Source of the DNA: an uncultured Dehalococcoidaceae bacterium
GTDB taxonomy: Bacteria > Chloroflexota > Dehalococcoidia > UBA2979
Assembly: GCA_964349785.1 (NCBI GenBank)
Contig: CAYGHU010000001.1
Span: 1 to 44,210, forward strand
Direction of reading: 5' to 3'
DNA length: 44,210 nucleotides
Shown here: positions 25,863 to 35,571 of the stretch, in pieces
Layout of the letters: each line of letters opens with the position of its first letter
How positions within the stretch are numbered: the stretch's first letter is position 1
Position numbers and translations under genes: made by a program
The notes under the pieces: generated by a model
Told to the model about the DNA's origin: nothing
Seen by the model: the letters and a program-made list of their open reading frames with translations, nothing else
Databases searched by the model: none

Positions 25863-26252
25863 ATGCCCCACTACGAGTTCAGGTGTCCGGAGTGCGGCGG
25901 TGAGGAAACTCTCCGTCGCAGCTTCGCTGCAATGGATGAACCAGCTCCCTGCTCAGGGTGCCGGGCGCCAATGACGCGCCTGTTCTCGCTGACCAACAAC
26001 GTCCACATCCCGCTCCACTTCCGGATGCTTCGCACCGGGGGTGAGCGGGCTGGGGGACTACTGTCCTTCGAGGACATTCACGGCGTCAGTTCGGAGCGCG
26101 AGCTCGCACGGACGATGCCCGACCTCGAACCGTACGGCCGGGTGATGAGCCGTCCCGGAGTAGGGACCGCCCGCGAATACGATCGCGAGCCCCTGATAGC
26201 CGAGTCTCTGAAAGAAGCGAGGGTAATTGCTGATGCCATCCATGACCGATAA
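25863..26252 (+). CDS. FmdB-type CxxC-CxxC zinc-ribbon protein
   Basis: N-terminal MPHYEFRCPECGGEETLRRSF...PCSGC matches the FmdB-family zinc-ribbon signature. Confidence 0.6.
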   Translation: MPHYEFRCPECGGEETLRRSFAAMDEPAPCSGCRAPMTRLFSLTNNVHIPLHFRMLRTGGERAGGLLSFEDIHGVSSERELARTMPDLEPYGRVMSRPGVGTAREYDREPLIAESLKEARVIADAIHDR

Positions 26253-26874
26253 CGACGTGCGTGTCATTACCCCGGAAGGCCAGTGGACTTCCAATGACCG
26301 GCCGGGGACGTTTCAAGACAAGCTGCTCTGTCAGTTGAACCGCCACACGGAATACGGTGTCGGCTTCGACGAAGAGAAGATCTACCTCGCTGCCGGCCTC
26401 AAGCCCCCGGAGAACCCGCGCAAGTTCGAGCCGAACAAGGACATCTCGAACCGCGACCGGGCGGACGAACGAGCCTACGCGATTGAGCTCCGAGCCGCTG
26501 GCGTGCAGGCCAAGATCGCGGAGCAGGAACAGAAGGAACAGAACGCCTCACTCGCGGCCCTCGCCGAAGAGAACCGCCTCCTGCGCGAGCAGGTGAACAA
26601 GATCCTCGCAACGATGGGCGACGAACCGGCCGAGACCGCCGTTGCCATCCCACCGGTTGCCATCCCTGCGGCCGTCCCGGCCCCTGTGTTCGAAGCACTC
26701 GACGGCAGCCCTCTGCCCGACCCGACCTGGGGACGTGACCGCGTGAACCGCTGGCTGGAACACCACGGCTACGCGCTCCCTCCGCGGAAGGGTGTCGGGA
26801 TGTCCGGCATCAAGCTCGCGGACTACGCCATCGGCAAGCACCGCGAAGCCGGCCAGGTGAAAGAGCAGGAGTAA
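26233..26874 (+). CDS. Hypothetical coiled-coil protein
   Basis: ATG 26233 with GAGGG upstream (the track ORF starts at TTG 26227). Central heptad-like stretch. Confidence 0.55.
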   Translation: MPSMTDNDVRVITPEGQWTSNDRPGTFQDKLLCQLNRHTEYGVGFDEEKIYLAAGLKPPENPRKFEPNKDISNRDRADERAYAIELRAAGVQAKIAEQEQKEQNASLAALAEENRLLREQVNKILATMGDEPAETAVAIPPVAIPAAVPAPVFEALDGSPLPDPTWGRDRVNRWLEHHGYALPPRKGVGMSGIKLADYAIGKHREAGQVKEQE

Positions 26875-26877
26875 GGC

Positions 26878-27237
26878 GTGAACAACGCTATCAACTTCGT
26901 CATCGGAGCGGCTGGGACGGTCGCCTACAACGAATGCCCGCGTGGCTGGCGCATCGCCGCGTTCGAAGTGCCAGCGGACATCGATTCATCCGACCTGACC
27001 CTCGCGCTGGCGAGTGACGCAGACACCGTGGCTGATGCAAGCAAGAACTGGCTGCCGGTCTATTCGGCGAATGCCAACGTCTCCGCGGTGAACGGCGCGG
27101 CGTTTACCGCCAAGAGCTACCGGGCCGTTGCCGAACCGCTCTCTCGCGCGACGGAAGGGCAGCGGGTCCGGCTCACGGTGGCGGCGCAAACGCTCGCTAT
27201 CACGATCCGGGGCCACCTTGTAAGGAGCGACGCCTGA
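26878..27237 (+). CDS. Hypothetical structural-module protein (119 aa)
   Basis: GTG start with GGAG upstream. Confidence 0.55.
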   Translation: MNNAINFVIGAAGTVAYNECPRGWRIAAFEVPADIDSSDLTLALASDADTVADASKNWLPVYSANANVSAVNGAAFTAKSYRAVAEPLSRATEGQRVRLTVAAQTLAITIRGHLVRSDA

Positions 27238-27602
27238 TGGATGCCGAGCTCGCCGCGTTCGAAGCGGCCCGCGCTGACCGCGCCAAGCGCACGGACTACG
27301 AAGGCCACGCCCTCACCACGAACGAGAAGGGCGCCGTCATCGTCGCCCCCGAAAGCAAGCACGCCGAGCGGACGGAGCACAAGGGCACGGCTGCCGACAT
27401 GGCACGCGCCTACGTCGCGAAGAACCGCGAGCGGCTGGAGAAGCTGTACGGCTCCTTCGGCATCCCGCGGCTCGTGCAGCTCGTGGACTCAGCCCGCGAC
27501 CGCGGCGACGACGAAACCCGCATCGAAATCGAGGCATGGCTGATGTCCGAGTTCGCCCCGCAGGTCATCGGCATCGATGTCCACAAGGTGGTGCAGGGAT
27601 GA
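27237..27602 (+). CDS. Hypothetical structural-module protein (121 aa)
   Basis: TGATG overlap with the upstream gene. Confidence 0.55.
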   Translation: MDAELAAFEAARADRAKRTDYEGHALTTNEKGAVIVAPESKHAERTEHKGTAADMARAYVAKNRERLEKLYGSFGIPRLVQLVDSARDRGDDETRIEIEAWLMSEFAPQVIGIDVHKVVQG

Positions 27603-28186
27603 GCCACGCAGCAGCCCTGCCCTGGGCCCATCGCCCTCCAACTCCCAACCCCGTCGTCATTCAGGGTTTCTCGCCGCGCATCATCGCGGCGCTCGAAAAG
27701 CACTTCTACGGCCGGCGCCAGTTCCGTGCCCCTCGATGGACGCGTAACACTCACGGCCCGCTGATCCTCTTCGCGCTGGCCTTCCGCATCACGGTCCTCG
27801 TCGCCAACGCGATGCTCAACGCGCTCACCACGGCCGCGGATGCAGGCACGGCTGCGGTCATCCAGGGCTACACGGCTTCCCAGCCCGCGACGCCGGAGAC
27901 GGCGATCGGCGCACAGACACTCCTGTTCACCCTGACAATGTCCGCGTCATCCTTCGGCGCCGCCGCCTCGCACGTCATTACCGCTGCGACGATCACGGAC
28001 GACTCCAGCGCGGACAACACAGGGACGCTGGCGTGGTTCCGATTGCTCACTCAGTCCGGCGGCACGGCCATCTGTGACGGCTCAGCGGGCACCTCATCCG
28101 CAGACATGATCGCGAACACGACCGCCATCACTTCCGGCAGCACCGTTAGCTGCTCGTCCGCAACCATCGATATGCCGGTCGCCTGA
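27599..28186 (+). CDS. Hypothetical structural-module protein (195 aa)
   Basis: ATGA overlap with the upstream gene. Confidence 0.55.
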   Translation: MSHAAALPWAHRPPTPNPVVIQGFSPRIIAALEKHFYGRRQFRAPRWTRNTHGPLILFALAFRITVLVANAMLNALTTAADAGTAAVIQGYTASQPATPETAIGAQTLLFTLTMSASSFGAAASHVITAATITDDSSADNTGTLAWFRLLTQSGGTAICDGSAGTSSADMIANTTAITSGSTVSCSSATIDMPVA

Positions 28187-28187
28187 T

Positions 28188-28883
28188 ATGAACGAATTTG
28201 ACGAGGCCATCACCAGGACGGGCGTTTTCCTCAAGGGGGCGGGGCGATTCAGGGAAGCGATCGAGCGTCGATGGGAACGGGCGCAACGGAGCGCGCACCT
28301 CATCAACGAACTGGCAGAGAAGCGCATGGCAGAGCATGACCTGCGCGCCAGGCTCGCCCGAGAACGCGGTTACGACCCACGCACAGGCTTCCCCATCATC
28401 GAGGGCGGCGCGGTTGGGCTAGCGCACAGCATCTCGACCGTTGCCTTCGCGATGACGACCGGCGCAAAGACGATCCTTACTGCGATCGCGCCAGCGGGGC
28501 ACGGACTCGCACTGGTCCATTTCGACGTGTCCTTCGATGGAGTCACCAGCTCCGCAGTCCCTGCGACCGTCGACGTGGTGAACAGTACGCAGGGCGCGGC
28601 GGGCACCAGCGCGGGCTCAGCGGTAATTACGCAGGTACGCGGGAAGACCACCTCGGGGTCCGCGCCCACCGCTGGCAACAACTACACGGGCGAGCCGACC
28701 ACCCTCGTCGCCCTTCGCAAGCTCTACGTCCCTCAGCTGATGGGCACCTACACCTACGACTTCCCTCTCGGCCGCGAGTTCGAATGCGACTCCAGCGGCG
28801 GCACCATCAAGGCGCTCGGCTTGCGCGGGAACGTTTCCGCCAATGTCAACGCCCTCGCCAATCTAGAAGTCGAAGCAGTTTAA
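28188..28883 (+). CDS. Hypothetical structural-module protein (231 aa)
   Basis: Starts 1 nt after the upstream stop. Confidence 0.6.
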   Translation: MNEFDEAITRTGVFLKGAGRFREAIERRWERAQRSAHLINELAEKRMAEHDLRARLARERGYDPRTGFPIIEGGAVGLAHSISTVAFAMTTGAKTILTAIAPAGHGLALVHFDVSFDGVTSSAVPATVDVVNSTQGAAGTSAGSAVITQVRGKTTSGSAPTAGNNYTGEPTTLVALRKLYVPQLMGTYTYDFPLGREFECDSSGGTIKALGLRGNVSANVNALANLEVEAV

Positions 28884-28905
28884 GGTGGCTGGGGGTAACG
28901 CCTAG

Positions 28906-29439
28906 ATGGCGACCGCAGGGCCGACCCTGCCCGGCACCGGAGCGAACATCAGCCCTGGCTCAGGGGCAGCATGGACGTTCCCCGAACGTATTACCTCCGA
29001 CGACACCACCCCTGCCTCCTTTGTCAACACCGCCGCTGGGTCGCAGTGGTTGTGTGGCTCTGCGTTCGGATGGTCTATCACCGCTGGTTCCACGATTTCG
29101 AATATCCTCGTCGAGCTGGACGGGTCAGCGTCTAGCGACGAAAACAGCAAGTGCGACCTCTACGACGGCACAACCGAGATCGAAGCGACAACGGCGGGAC
29201 TGAAAGGTTTCACTGGCTCCACCGCATGGCGCACCGTCTACAACGCAGACCCGCCGTCTGGATTCGATAGTGCTGTTACCGGCAACACAGACGTTTACCG
29301 TTTCCGAGTTACGGGCACTGGCTTCGGGGTAAGTTGGACTGTCGACGCGATGCGGGTGACGATTACTTACACACTTCCCAGCGGCGGGCCTTCCATCAAA
29401 GTTTCCCGCACGGCTGCGATGCGGGCGGCTAACCGCTAG
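28906..29439 (+). CDS. Hypothetical structural-module protein (177 aa)
   Basis: ORF in series with the virion genes. Confidence 0.6.
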   Translation: MATAGPTLPGTGANISPGSGAAWTFPERITSDDTTPASFVNTAAGSQWLCGSAFGWSITAGSTISNILVELDGSASSDENSKCDLYDGTTEIEATTAGLKGFTGSTAWRTVYNADPPSGFDSAVTGNTDVYRFRVTGTGFGVSWTVDAMRVTITYTLPSGGPSIKVSRTAAMRAANR

Positions 29440-30155
29440 TGCCCGCACGTACAGGGCGGAGCTTCCCGACTCGGCCGCAGCCGCGCGCGAAGGTGCTCAG
29501 CCTCCCTGGGCCGACGACGACCGCCATCGCAGCCACGCTGCCGAGGCTAGGCGCCGCCTTCAACGTCACCCAGAAGCAGCCCGTCACCATAGCGGCGACC
29601 CTCAAGATCCCCGTGGCAACCTTCAACGTCACCCACCGGCTGCCGACCGGCATCGCGAGCACTCTCAAGATTCCGGTCGCCACGTTCACCGTGACGCAAT
29701 CCTCCCCGGTGACGATATCGAGCACCCTGCAAATCCCGCTCGCCAGCTTCACGGTGACGCAGCGCTACCCTCTCACGATCGCTGCAGCCCTCCACATCCC
29801 GGCAGCGTCCTTCAGCGTCACGATGCAGCCGGACGTGACGATCGCAGCGACGCTCCAGCCACTTGCCGCCGCCTTCACGGTGAAGGACAGCTTGCCCGTC
29901 ACAATCGCGGCGACGCTCCAACCGCTCACCGCCTCGTTCAACATCACGATGCTGCCGGAAGTGACGATCGCAGCCACGCTCTACCCGCTGACCGCAGCCT
30001 TTGTCCTCCAAATTGTGAACCTCTTCGGAGCCGGTCCTCGGCCTCGCCAGGGGTTCACTGAGTCTGGGCTCCCGCTGCGGGGGATTGCCATCTTCACCAA
30101 GCCACAACAGGGATTTGCGACCATCGGACGGCCGCGACAAGGGAGTTTCGAATGA
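29439..30155 (+). CDS. Structural protein built of eight tandem 21-aa repeats
   Basis: TAGTG overlap with the upstream gene. Repeats of type VTIAATL(K/Q)xPxAxF(N/T)VTxxxP. Confidence 0.65.
   Translation: MPARTGRSFPTRPQPRAKVLSLPGPTTTAIAATLPRLGAAFNVTQKQPVTIAATLKIPVATFNVTHRLPTGIASTLKIPVATFTVTQSSPVTISSTLQIPLASFTVTQRYPLTIAAALHIPAASFSVTMQPDVTIAATLQPLAAAFTVKDSLPVTIAATLQPLTASFNITMLPEVTIAATLYPLTAAFVLQIVNLFGAGPRPRQGFTESGLPLRGIAIFTKPQQGFATIGRPRQGSFE
29517..30014 (+). repeat. Eight tandem 63-nt coding repeats
   Basis: Period of 63 nt read directly from sequence, e.g. gtcaccatagcggcgaccctcaagatccccgtggcaaccttcaacgtcacccaccggctgccg. Confidence 0.8.
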
Positions 30156-31282
30156 CCGCAGTCCTCGGCTGGCAGTTCACTGCTCCGGTTCCCGATGTCG
30201 ACGATGTGATCGCGCTCGGGTTCACCCATGTCCGCTTCTACTATGCGGCGAGCGAGGCTGGTTCCTACTCGCAGGGCGGCTCGGACGTCCTCCTGGTGTC
30301 CGGCACGCTCACCTACTCCTACAACCGGACTACCGGCCTCACTACCGATTGGGTCCAGTGGTGCTACTACGGCGCGACGCCTGGCGAAAGCACGCGTACC
30401 GACCCGCAGCCGGTCGGCCCTCCCGCGCAAACCACGCGGAAGCTCATCCGACAGGGTGTCGGCAAGCGCACCGGCCTCATGGACCTCTTCACCATCGCCA
30501 GCGTCACGGACTCGGACACCTGCGTCATCAGCGAGACCATCGATACCGATTCCCTCGCGAGTAAGTACGCGCGCCGGTTCGTGCGGGTCTCTGCCGGCAC
30601 TGCCATCGGCCAGACGCGGCGGCTGAACAGCGTGTCAAACGCAGCGGCGGGATACGTCCCTGCCACCGGAACCTTCAACATCAACCGGGCGACCTCTCCT
30701 GCCTGGGTGGCCGGCGACGAGCTCGAACTGTGGGTGGCTCGGGGCGACAAGGACATGTCTGCGCTCGTGGATGCGGCGATGCAGGACGCGCGCCGGAATA
30801 TCTGGGTGCAGGGCTACTACACGTTCGTCACCGTCGCAGAGCAGAGCGAGTACGTGCTGCCCCAAGGTGTCCACCCTGACCACGTCGGCATCCCGGAGAT
30901 CATGTACGGCACCTTCCCGGACAACCCGGCCTGGACACAGGTGGGCTACTCCCGCGCGTACACCGAGGGCGGCGCGCACCGGCTGACCATCAAGCCAGCG
31001 ACGCTGGGCATCGAGGCGTACGGCGGCGGGGAGATTATTCGCGTTCCCGTCGCGCGGAACCCCGACCGGATGGACAGCGACAGCGACACGTGGCCGGTCC
31101 CGTTGGAGTGGGCCATCGCTGAGACCGGCCTCGAACTCCTCGCCGTCCTCTTCGGCCCGGGCGGCGGGCAAGAAGACGTGAGTGACATCGGACGCGCCTA
31201 TGGGCAGTGGAAGGATGTCGCGATGCAGTACCGCAGCCAGTACGGCGCGGTCGCGCAGGCCGTGGAGATTCCGCTCCGATGA
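30152..31282 (+). CDS. Tail/baseplate-region structural protein (376 aa)
   Basis: ATGA overlap with the upstream gene. Called by position. Confidence 0.55.
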   Translation: MTAVLGWQFTAPVPDVDDVIALGFTHVRFYYAASEAGSYSQGGSDVLLVSGTLTYSYNRTTGLTTDWVQWCYYGATPGESTRTDPQPVGPPAQTTRKLIRQGVGKRTGLMDLFTIASVTDSDTCVISETIDTDSLASKYARRFVRVSAGTAIGQTRRLNSVSNAAAGYVPATGTFNINRATSPAWVAGDELELWVARGDKDMSALVDAAMQDARRNIWVQGYYTFVTVAEQSEYVLPQGVHPDHVGIPEIMYGTFPDNPAWTQVGYSRAYTEGGAHRLTIKPATLGIEAYGGGEIIRVPVARNPDRMDSDSDTWPVPLEWAIAETGLELLAVLFGPGGGQEDVSDIGRAYGQWKDVAMQYRSQYGAVAQAVEIPLR

Positions 31283-33096
31283 CGATGATGCCGAGCAGCC
31301 GCGGTGCTGTGGTGCACCTCAACGGGATTCCGTTCTTCCTGGCGAAGGACAAGGCCGGTGTCCCGCAGTGGCGCTACCAGCAGGTCCAGACGCAAGAAGG
31401 CGACCCTACCGTCCCTCGGCGGCGGCGCATCAACGATTGGAGCCGTGGCCTGGGTGACTCGCGCGGCGTCTATCAGGGCGCGGTGGAGCACTGCGAGTAC
31501 GCCTTCCTCGGGCGGATGGGGCGCATCCTTCCCAGCCACAAAATCAACAGCGTCACCTCGTTCGTGGACCACTCCGCGGACATCACCAGCATCATCGAAG
31601 TGACGGCGCCCGCGAACCGCATCCTGGTCGGCGGCGGGACGAAGGTCAGCGAGATTAACCCGTCGACGCACACCCTCTCCACGTCGCATACCGTGGCCGG
31701 CGGCGCGGTCGCTTCCATGTGCCGGTACATCGACATCGTCGCTATCGCGCTCGGGGACTCGCAGGACTTCGAGTACCGGAATGCAGCCGGCACCTACGCC
31801 GTGAACAGCATCTCGAAGAAGGCGCGGGCGTTCGGCATCTCGGGAGAAGGCGACCTTGCCAGGGGCTACACCTACAAGTGGAGCAAGTGCTCCGCGGCGG
31901 ACTTCTATTCCGTGGACAACTGGTCGACGGACTACGACATCGGCGACAAGAGCCGGATGGTGACGCAGGTATTCGGGCACAACCAGTTCGACTACGTCCT
32001 CAAGGAGGAGGGTCTGTATACGTTTGTGCAGACGAACTCCAAGGAGGCGAACCAGCTCACCGACCTGATTGCCTTCGCGAGCACCGAGAACCGCGCGTAC
32101 GGCCGCTGGAACGACTGGATCATGGTCTGCACCATCGCTGGCCTCTACCGCTACATCTCACAGGGTGCGGCGCGCCCTGTGGGCGCTGAGATGCACGAGC
32201 TCTCCGAGTCCGCGCTCCAAGACACGTACCCGACCGCGTTCGTCGGCAACGGCGCCTGGGCATACGAGGCCCGGTACAACCCGACGTCCGACAAGACGTA
32301 CATCTGCATGTTGCGGCGGGCAGCGGACGGCGACGCCACCTTCGGCTCGCCCGTCGTCACGAACAGCATCATCGACGTGTTCACGGGCAAATGCCGCGCG
32401 ATGCACATCTCCTCCCTGACCGGGACGCCGGAGCTCTACTACGCGAAGGCCGCGAGCGTCGCATGGATCGCGCTCACCAGGGACGGGAAGCCGGCAGTCT
32501 TCCAGACGGCGAACACCACCAAGGTCTACATGCCGCCGACCGACCTCGGCTCCCCGATGACCACTAAATACTTCAAGCGGATCGAGGCCATCGGTCGCAA
32601 CCTCGCCGCGGGGCGGACGTGCCAGTTCAAGGCAGCGATGGATGGCGGCTCGTACAACAACGTCGGGTCCGCGCTCACAAGCCTTAGCTCGAGTTACGGG
32701 CAGTCCGCGTGGACGGTTGGAAGCAACGACAGCGGGCGAGTCATCCAACTCGAAGTCGACCTCACCAGCGACAGCACCTCCACCCCTCCGGAGATTCGCG
32801 ACCTCATCCTCGCGTACGAGGAGCGGCCCATCATGGTCGACGGCTTTGTAGCGACCTTCCGTTGCCGGGAAGGCGACAGCGAAGAAGGGATCTCGCCGAG
32901 CTACCCGACCGCGCTAGCCATGCGCCAGGCGCTCGAAGCACTGCTCGACGGGGCGCCTATCACGCTGATCGACATGGACGAAACGTCCTACGTGGTCGGC
33001 ATGTCCCGCTTCGAAGGGGAAGTCGCGTACGAACGGGTCGGCTCACCGCCGCAGCAGGACATCACCGTCCAGTTCCGGAAGCTCGACTATGCCTGA
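31279..33096 (+). CDS. Large tail structural protein (605 aa)
   Basis: ATGA overlap with the upstream gene (track ORF 31207..33096 trimmed). Confidence 0.6.
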   Translation: MTMMPSSRGAVVHLNGIPFFLAKDKAGVPQWRYQQVQTQEGDPTVPRRRRINDWSRGLGDSRGVYQGAVEHCEYAFLGRMGRILPSHKINSVTSFVDHSADITSIIEVTAPANRILVGGGTKVSEINPSTHTLSTSHTVAGGAVASMCRYIDIVAIALGDSQDFEYRNAAGTYAVNSISKKARAFGISGEGDLARGYTYKWSKCSAADFYSVDNWSTDYDIGDKSRMVTQVFGHNQFDYVLKEEGLYTFVQTNSKEANQLTDLIAFASTENRAYGRWNDWIMVCTIAGLYRYISQGAARPVGAEMHELSESALQDTYPTAFVGNGAWAYEARYNPTSDKTYICMLRRAADGDATFGSPVVTNSIIDVFTGKCRAMHISSLTGTPELYYAKAASVAWIALTRDGKPAVFQTANTTKVYMPPTDLGSPMTTKYFKRIEAIGRNLAAGRTCQFKAAMDGGSYNNVGSALTSLSSSYGQSAWTVGSNDSGRVIQLEVDLTSDSTSTPPEIRDLILAYEERPIMVDGFVATFRCREGDSEEGISPSYPTALAMRQALEALLDGAPITLIDMDETSYVVGMSRFEGEVAYERVGSPPQQDITVQFRKLDYA

Positions 33097-34711
33097 CGCA
33101 GCCATTCTCGACGCCGTACGTGAGGTACTTTCCGACAAAACGCTCCGGGCATCGCTTGGCCTCAGCGCGTTCGGCCTCGACCAGCAGGACCTCCTCGACA
33201 AGCACGAGACGCAGCTCCAAGGGATGCTGTCCGACCGCTCCCTCGGCATGTCCCAGAACGGGCCGGTCTGGATGGACGGGGTCAGCGTTATCGACGCGAC
33301 GATCACCGCGAACAAGCTTGTGGTGAACACGTTGGAATCGATCACCGCGAACACGGGCGACCTCAACGTGACGGGCACGGCAACGCTCGCGGCGAGCTTC
33401 CCAGCAACGACCGCGCGAATCGAGATGGATTCCGCCGGCATCCTCGGATACAACTCGGGCGGCATTACCAACACCTTCAAGCTGAACACGGACGGCTCCG
33501 GCTTTTTCGGCGTGGGCGCGACCGCGATGACCTGGACAACGGCTGGCGTCGTCACCATCCCGGCAGCGTCCATCGGCTCGCTCACCATCGCCAACGTCGG
33601 CGGCGGCATCCTGGGTGGCACCTACCAGACGGCCGCGACCGGGCAGCACATCAACATCTCGACCTCGGGCATCGTGGCCTATAACGCGACGTCGGAGATA
33701 AGCGCGAACGAAACCTTCCGGCTGAATGCTGCGACCGGTGCGATGACGGCGACAGGGTCCTTCACGGTGAAGTCCGCGGCGACCGGCGCGCACGTCACTA
33801 TCGACAGCGCGGGCGGAGTCGCGGGCTACAACGCCACGAGTGAAGTCGCGGGCAACCGTACCTTCCTCCTCAATGCGGCGACCGGCGCGGGGCACCTGGG
33901 CCTCTCCACGGGCTCAAACATCTCATGGGACAGCGCGGGCGCGGTGAGCATTCAGGGCAGCCTCATCGTCACCGGGACGGTCACGGCAGACCGCATCACG
34001 ACGGGCACCCTCACCAGCGGCGCCACGGTCAACCTCGGCACCGCAGACGTCGTTGTGAACTCGTCGGGGAAGCTAAAGTTCGGGTCGTCCAGCGCTGACT
34101 ACCTGGCGAATGACCTGATCCACTTCGAGGTAGGCACGGGCTCCTCCGCGAAGATCGAGTTCAAGAACAGCAGCAACACCTACAACGCCAACTTGGAAGG
34201 TTTCGGGGGTTCCACCAGTACGGGCCTCCAGATCACCGCTCTCAAGAGCACCGATGTCAAGAGCAAGCTCATCGTCACAAGCTCCGGTTCGGATTCGGGC
34301 AACTACGTCGAGGCAACGACCTACATCAACGCCTCGGGCACGACCGGCGCGACCTACCGCCTGGACGGGGCTGGGTCGCACAACTGGACGATTGGCGCCG
34401 GGAACCCCGGCATGACGTTGGTAAGTAGCAACGCAGCGCTGTCTCTCGCGGGACGCCTCTACCCCGGCACTGGCTCGGCAACGCAATCAACGCGGTACAT
34501 CTACGACAACGGCTCGCAAATCCAGGTGATGGGTGGCGATTTCGCCCTCCAGTACGCGCTCGTCATGGGCACCGGCACTTCTGGCGGGTGGGCCGGAATG
34601 AACGTGGGCGGGTCGGTCGCGAACTGGTCCTCCGGCTGGGCCGCAGGCGCCTACATGCAGGTCGCTATCAACGGCACGGTGCGACGCATCCCATATTTTG
34701 CGGACGCATGA
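33089..34711 (+). CDS. Tail fibre/spike protein
   Basis: Reads ITANKLVVNTLESITANTGDLNVTG, plus three ~35-aa repeats of type xAGIxGYNxxxxxxxxTFxLNxxTG. Gly/Thr/Ser-rich. Confidence 0.7.
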   Translation: MPDAAILDAVREVLSDKTLRASLGLSAFGLDQQDLLDKHETQLQGMLSDRSLGMSQNGPVWMDGVSVIDATITANKLVVNTLESITANTGDLNVTGTATLAASFPATTARIEMDSAGILGYNSGGITNTFKLNTDGSGFFGVGATAMTWTTAGVVTIPAASIGSLTIANVGGGILGGTYQTAATGQHINISTSGIVAYNATSEISANETFRLNAATGAMTATGSFTVKSAATGAHVTIDSAGGVAGYNATSEVAGNRTFLLNAATGAGHLGLSTGSNISWDSAGAVSIQGSLIVTGTVTADRITTGTLTSGATVNLGTADVVVNSSGKLKFGSSSADYLANDLIHFEVGTGSSAKIEFKNSSNTYNANLEGFGGSTSTGLQITALKSTDVKSKLIVTSSGSDSGNYVEATTYINASGTTGATYRLDGAGSHNWTIGAGNPGMTLVSSNAALSLAGRLYPGTGSATQSTRYIYDNGSQIQVMGGDFALQYALVMGTGTSGGWAGMNVGGSVANWSSGWAAGAYMQVAINGTVRRIPYFADA

Positions 34712-34830
34712 GAGAGCCATCTTGGCCCGGATGGCGGACCTTCCTGATGCGACGGCTTCTGTTCGGCATAGTGGTCGCGAACATTCTCGCCTGGACGCAG
34801 ATCAGCTACTTGCTTGTGGTTCCCCATTGA
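34708..34830 (+). CDS. 40-aa TM peptide (…LLFGIVVANILAWTQISYLLVV)
   Basis: ATGA overlap with the fibre gene stop. Confidence 0.4.
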   Translation: MREPSWPGWRTFLMRRLLFGIVVANILAWTQISYLLVVPH

Positions 34831-34895
34831 CGAATGAGTGCGCTATTCTGGCGATGATTTGGAGACGATTTGACGATGGATAGCCGAGGATAATT

Positions 34896-35201
34896 ATGGC
34901 AACGCTTGAGCAGCTACTCGCGCCGAAGGCGGGCGACAACGCCCTCGCCGGCCTCCGCAACTACCTCACCGAACAGATGGCGCAGGCCCAAGCCGAGGTT
35001 ATGCACCAGGAGTCGATGATCGCCTTCTGGGAGACGCTGGACGAAGAGGACGCGGAGCGACTGGTCGGCGTGACCAAGTGCAAGCGGACGCAGGCGGCGT
35101 ACCTCGCCAAGTACAACGACCTGGAACGACGCCGGGCGGCTATGCCCAAGGACGATGTCCTCCCAAAAGCCAAAGCGGGCACCAAGCCCGTAGGGTCTTA
35201 G
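34896..35201 (+). CDS. Hypothetical 101-aa helical protein
   Basis: GAGGA upstream of the ATG. Confidence 0.6.
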   Translation: MATLEQLLAPKAGDNALAGLRNYLTEQMAQAQAEVMHQESMIAFWETLDEEDAERLVGVTKCKRTQAAYLAKYNDLERRRAAMPKDDVLPKAKAGTKPVGS

Positions 35202-35205
35202 TCCG

Positions 35206-35469
35206 TTGACGCAACCGCCGCCGCTCTCCATGCCTGACCACGACATGCTGATCCGCATCGACACGAAGCTCGATGTGTTCAAGAACGGCCTGGATTCCCT
35301 CACAAACCAGCAGGCGGCGGACTCGGCCAAACTCGACTCGCGGATTACTGATATTGAACGGACGCTCGACAGGCAGGCAGGGTTCATCAGCGGCGGCAAG
35401 GCACTGTGGGCCATCCTGGGGGCGGTTCCCCCGGGTGTCGCCGCATTGGTGTTCGGCCTCACCAGGTAG
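35206..35469 (+). CDS. XhlA-like membrane protein (N-terminal coiled coil, C-terminal TM)
   Basis: Architecture IRIDTKLDVFKNGLDSL...ITDIERTLDRQ followed by the TM segment ALWAILGAVPPGVAALVFGL. Similarity is at architecture level only. Confidence 0.45.
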   Translation: MTQPPPLSMPDHDMLIRIDTKLDVFKNGLDSLTNQQAADSAKLDSRITDIERTLDRQAGFISGGKALWAILGAVPPGVAALVFGLTR

Positions 35470-35531
35470 TGATCGCGGGCCCACGGCGTCGTATGCTGAC
35501 TCCTGCTTAAGTCCTCCAAGACGAAGCCAGA

Positions 35532-35570
35532 GAAGCCGCCCGAGCGTTTCACATCGCGGGCGGCTTTTCT
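35532..35570. terminator. Bidirectional intrinsic terminator hairpin between the late operon and int
   Basis: Stem GAAGCCGCCCG, 14-nt loop, CGGGCGGCTTTTCT. GC-rich stem followed by a T-run. Confidence 0.7.
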
Positions 35571-35571
35571 G

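Noticed and set aside
29517-30014. Regular 63-nt periodicity that could be mistaken for a CRISPR-like array
   Set aside because: There is no repeat-spacer structure. The units are contiguous, in frame, and translate to a coherent 21-aa protein repeat within an ORF of the virion operon.
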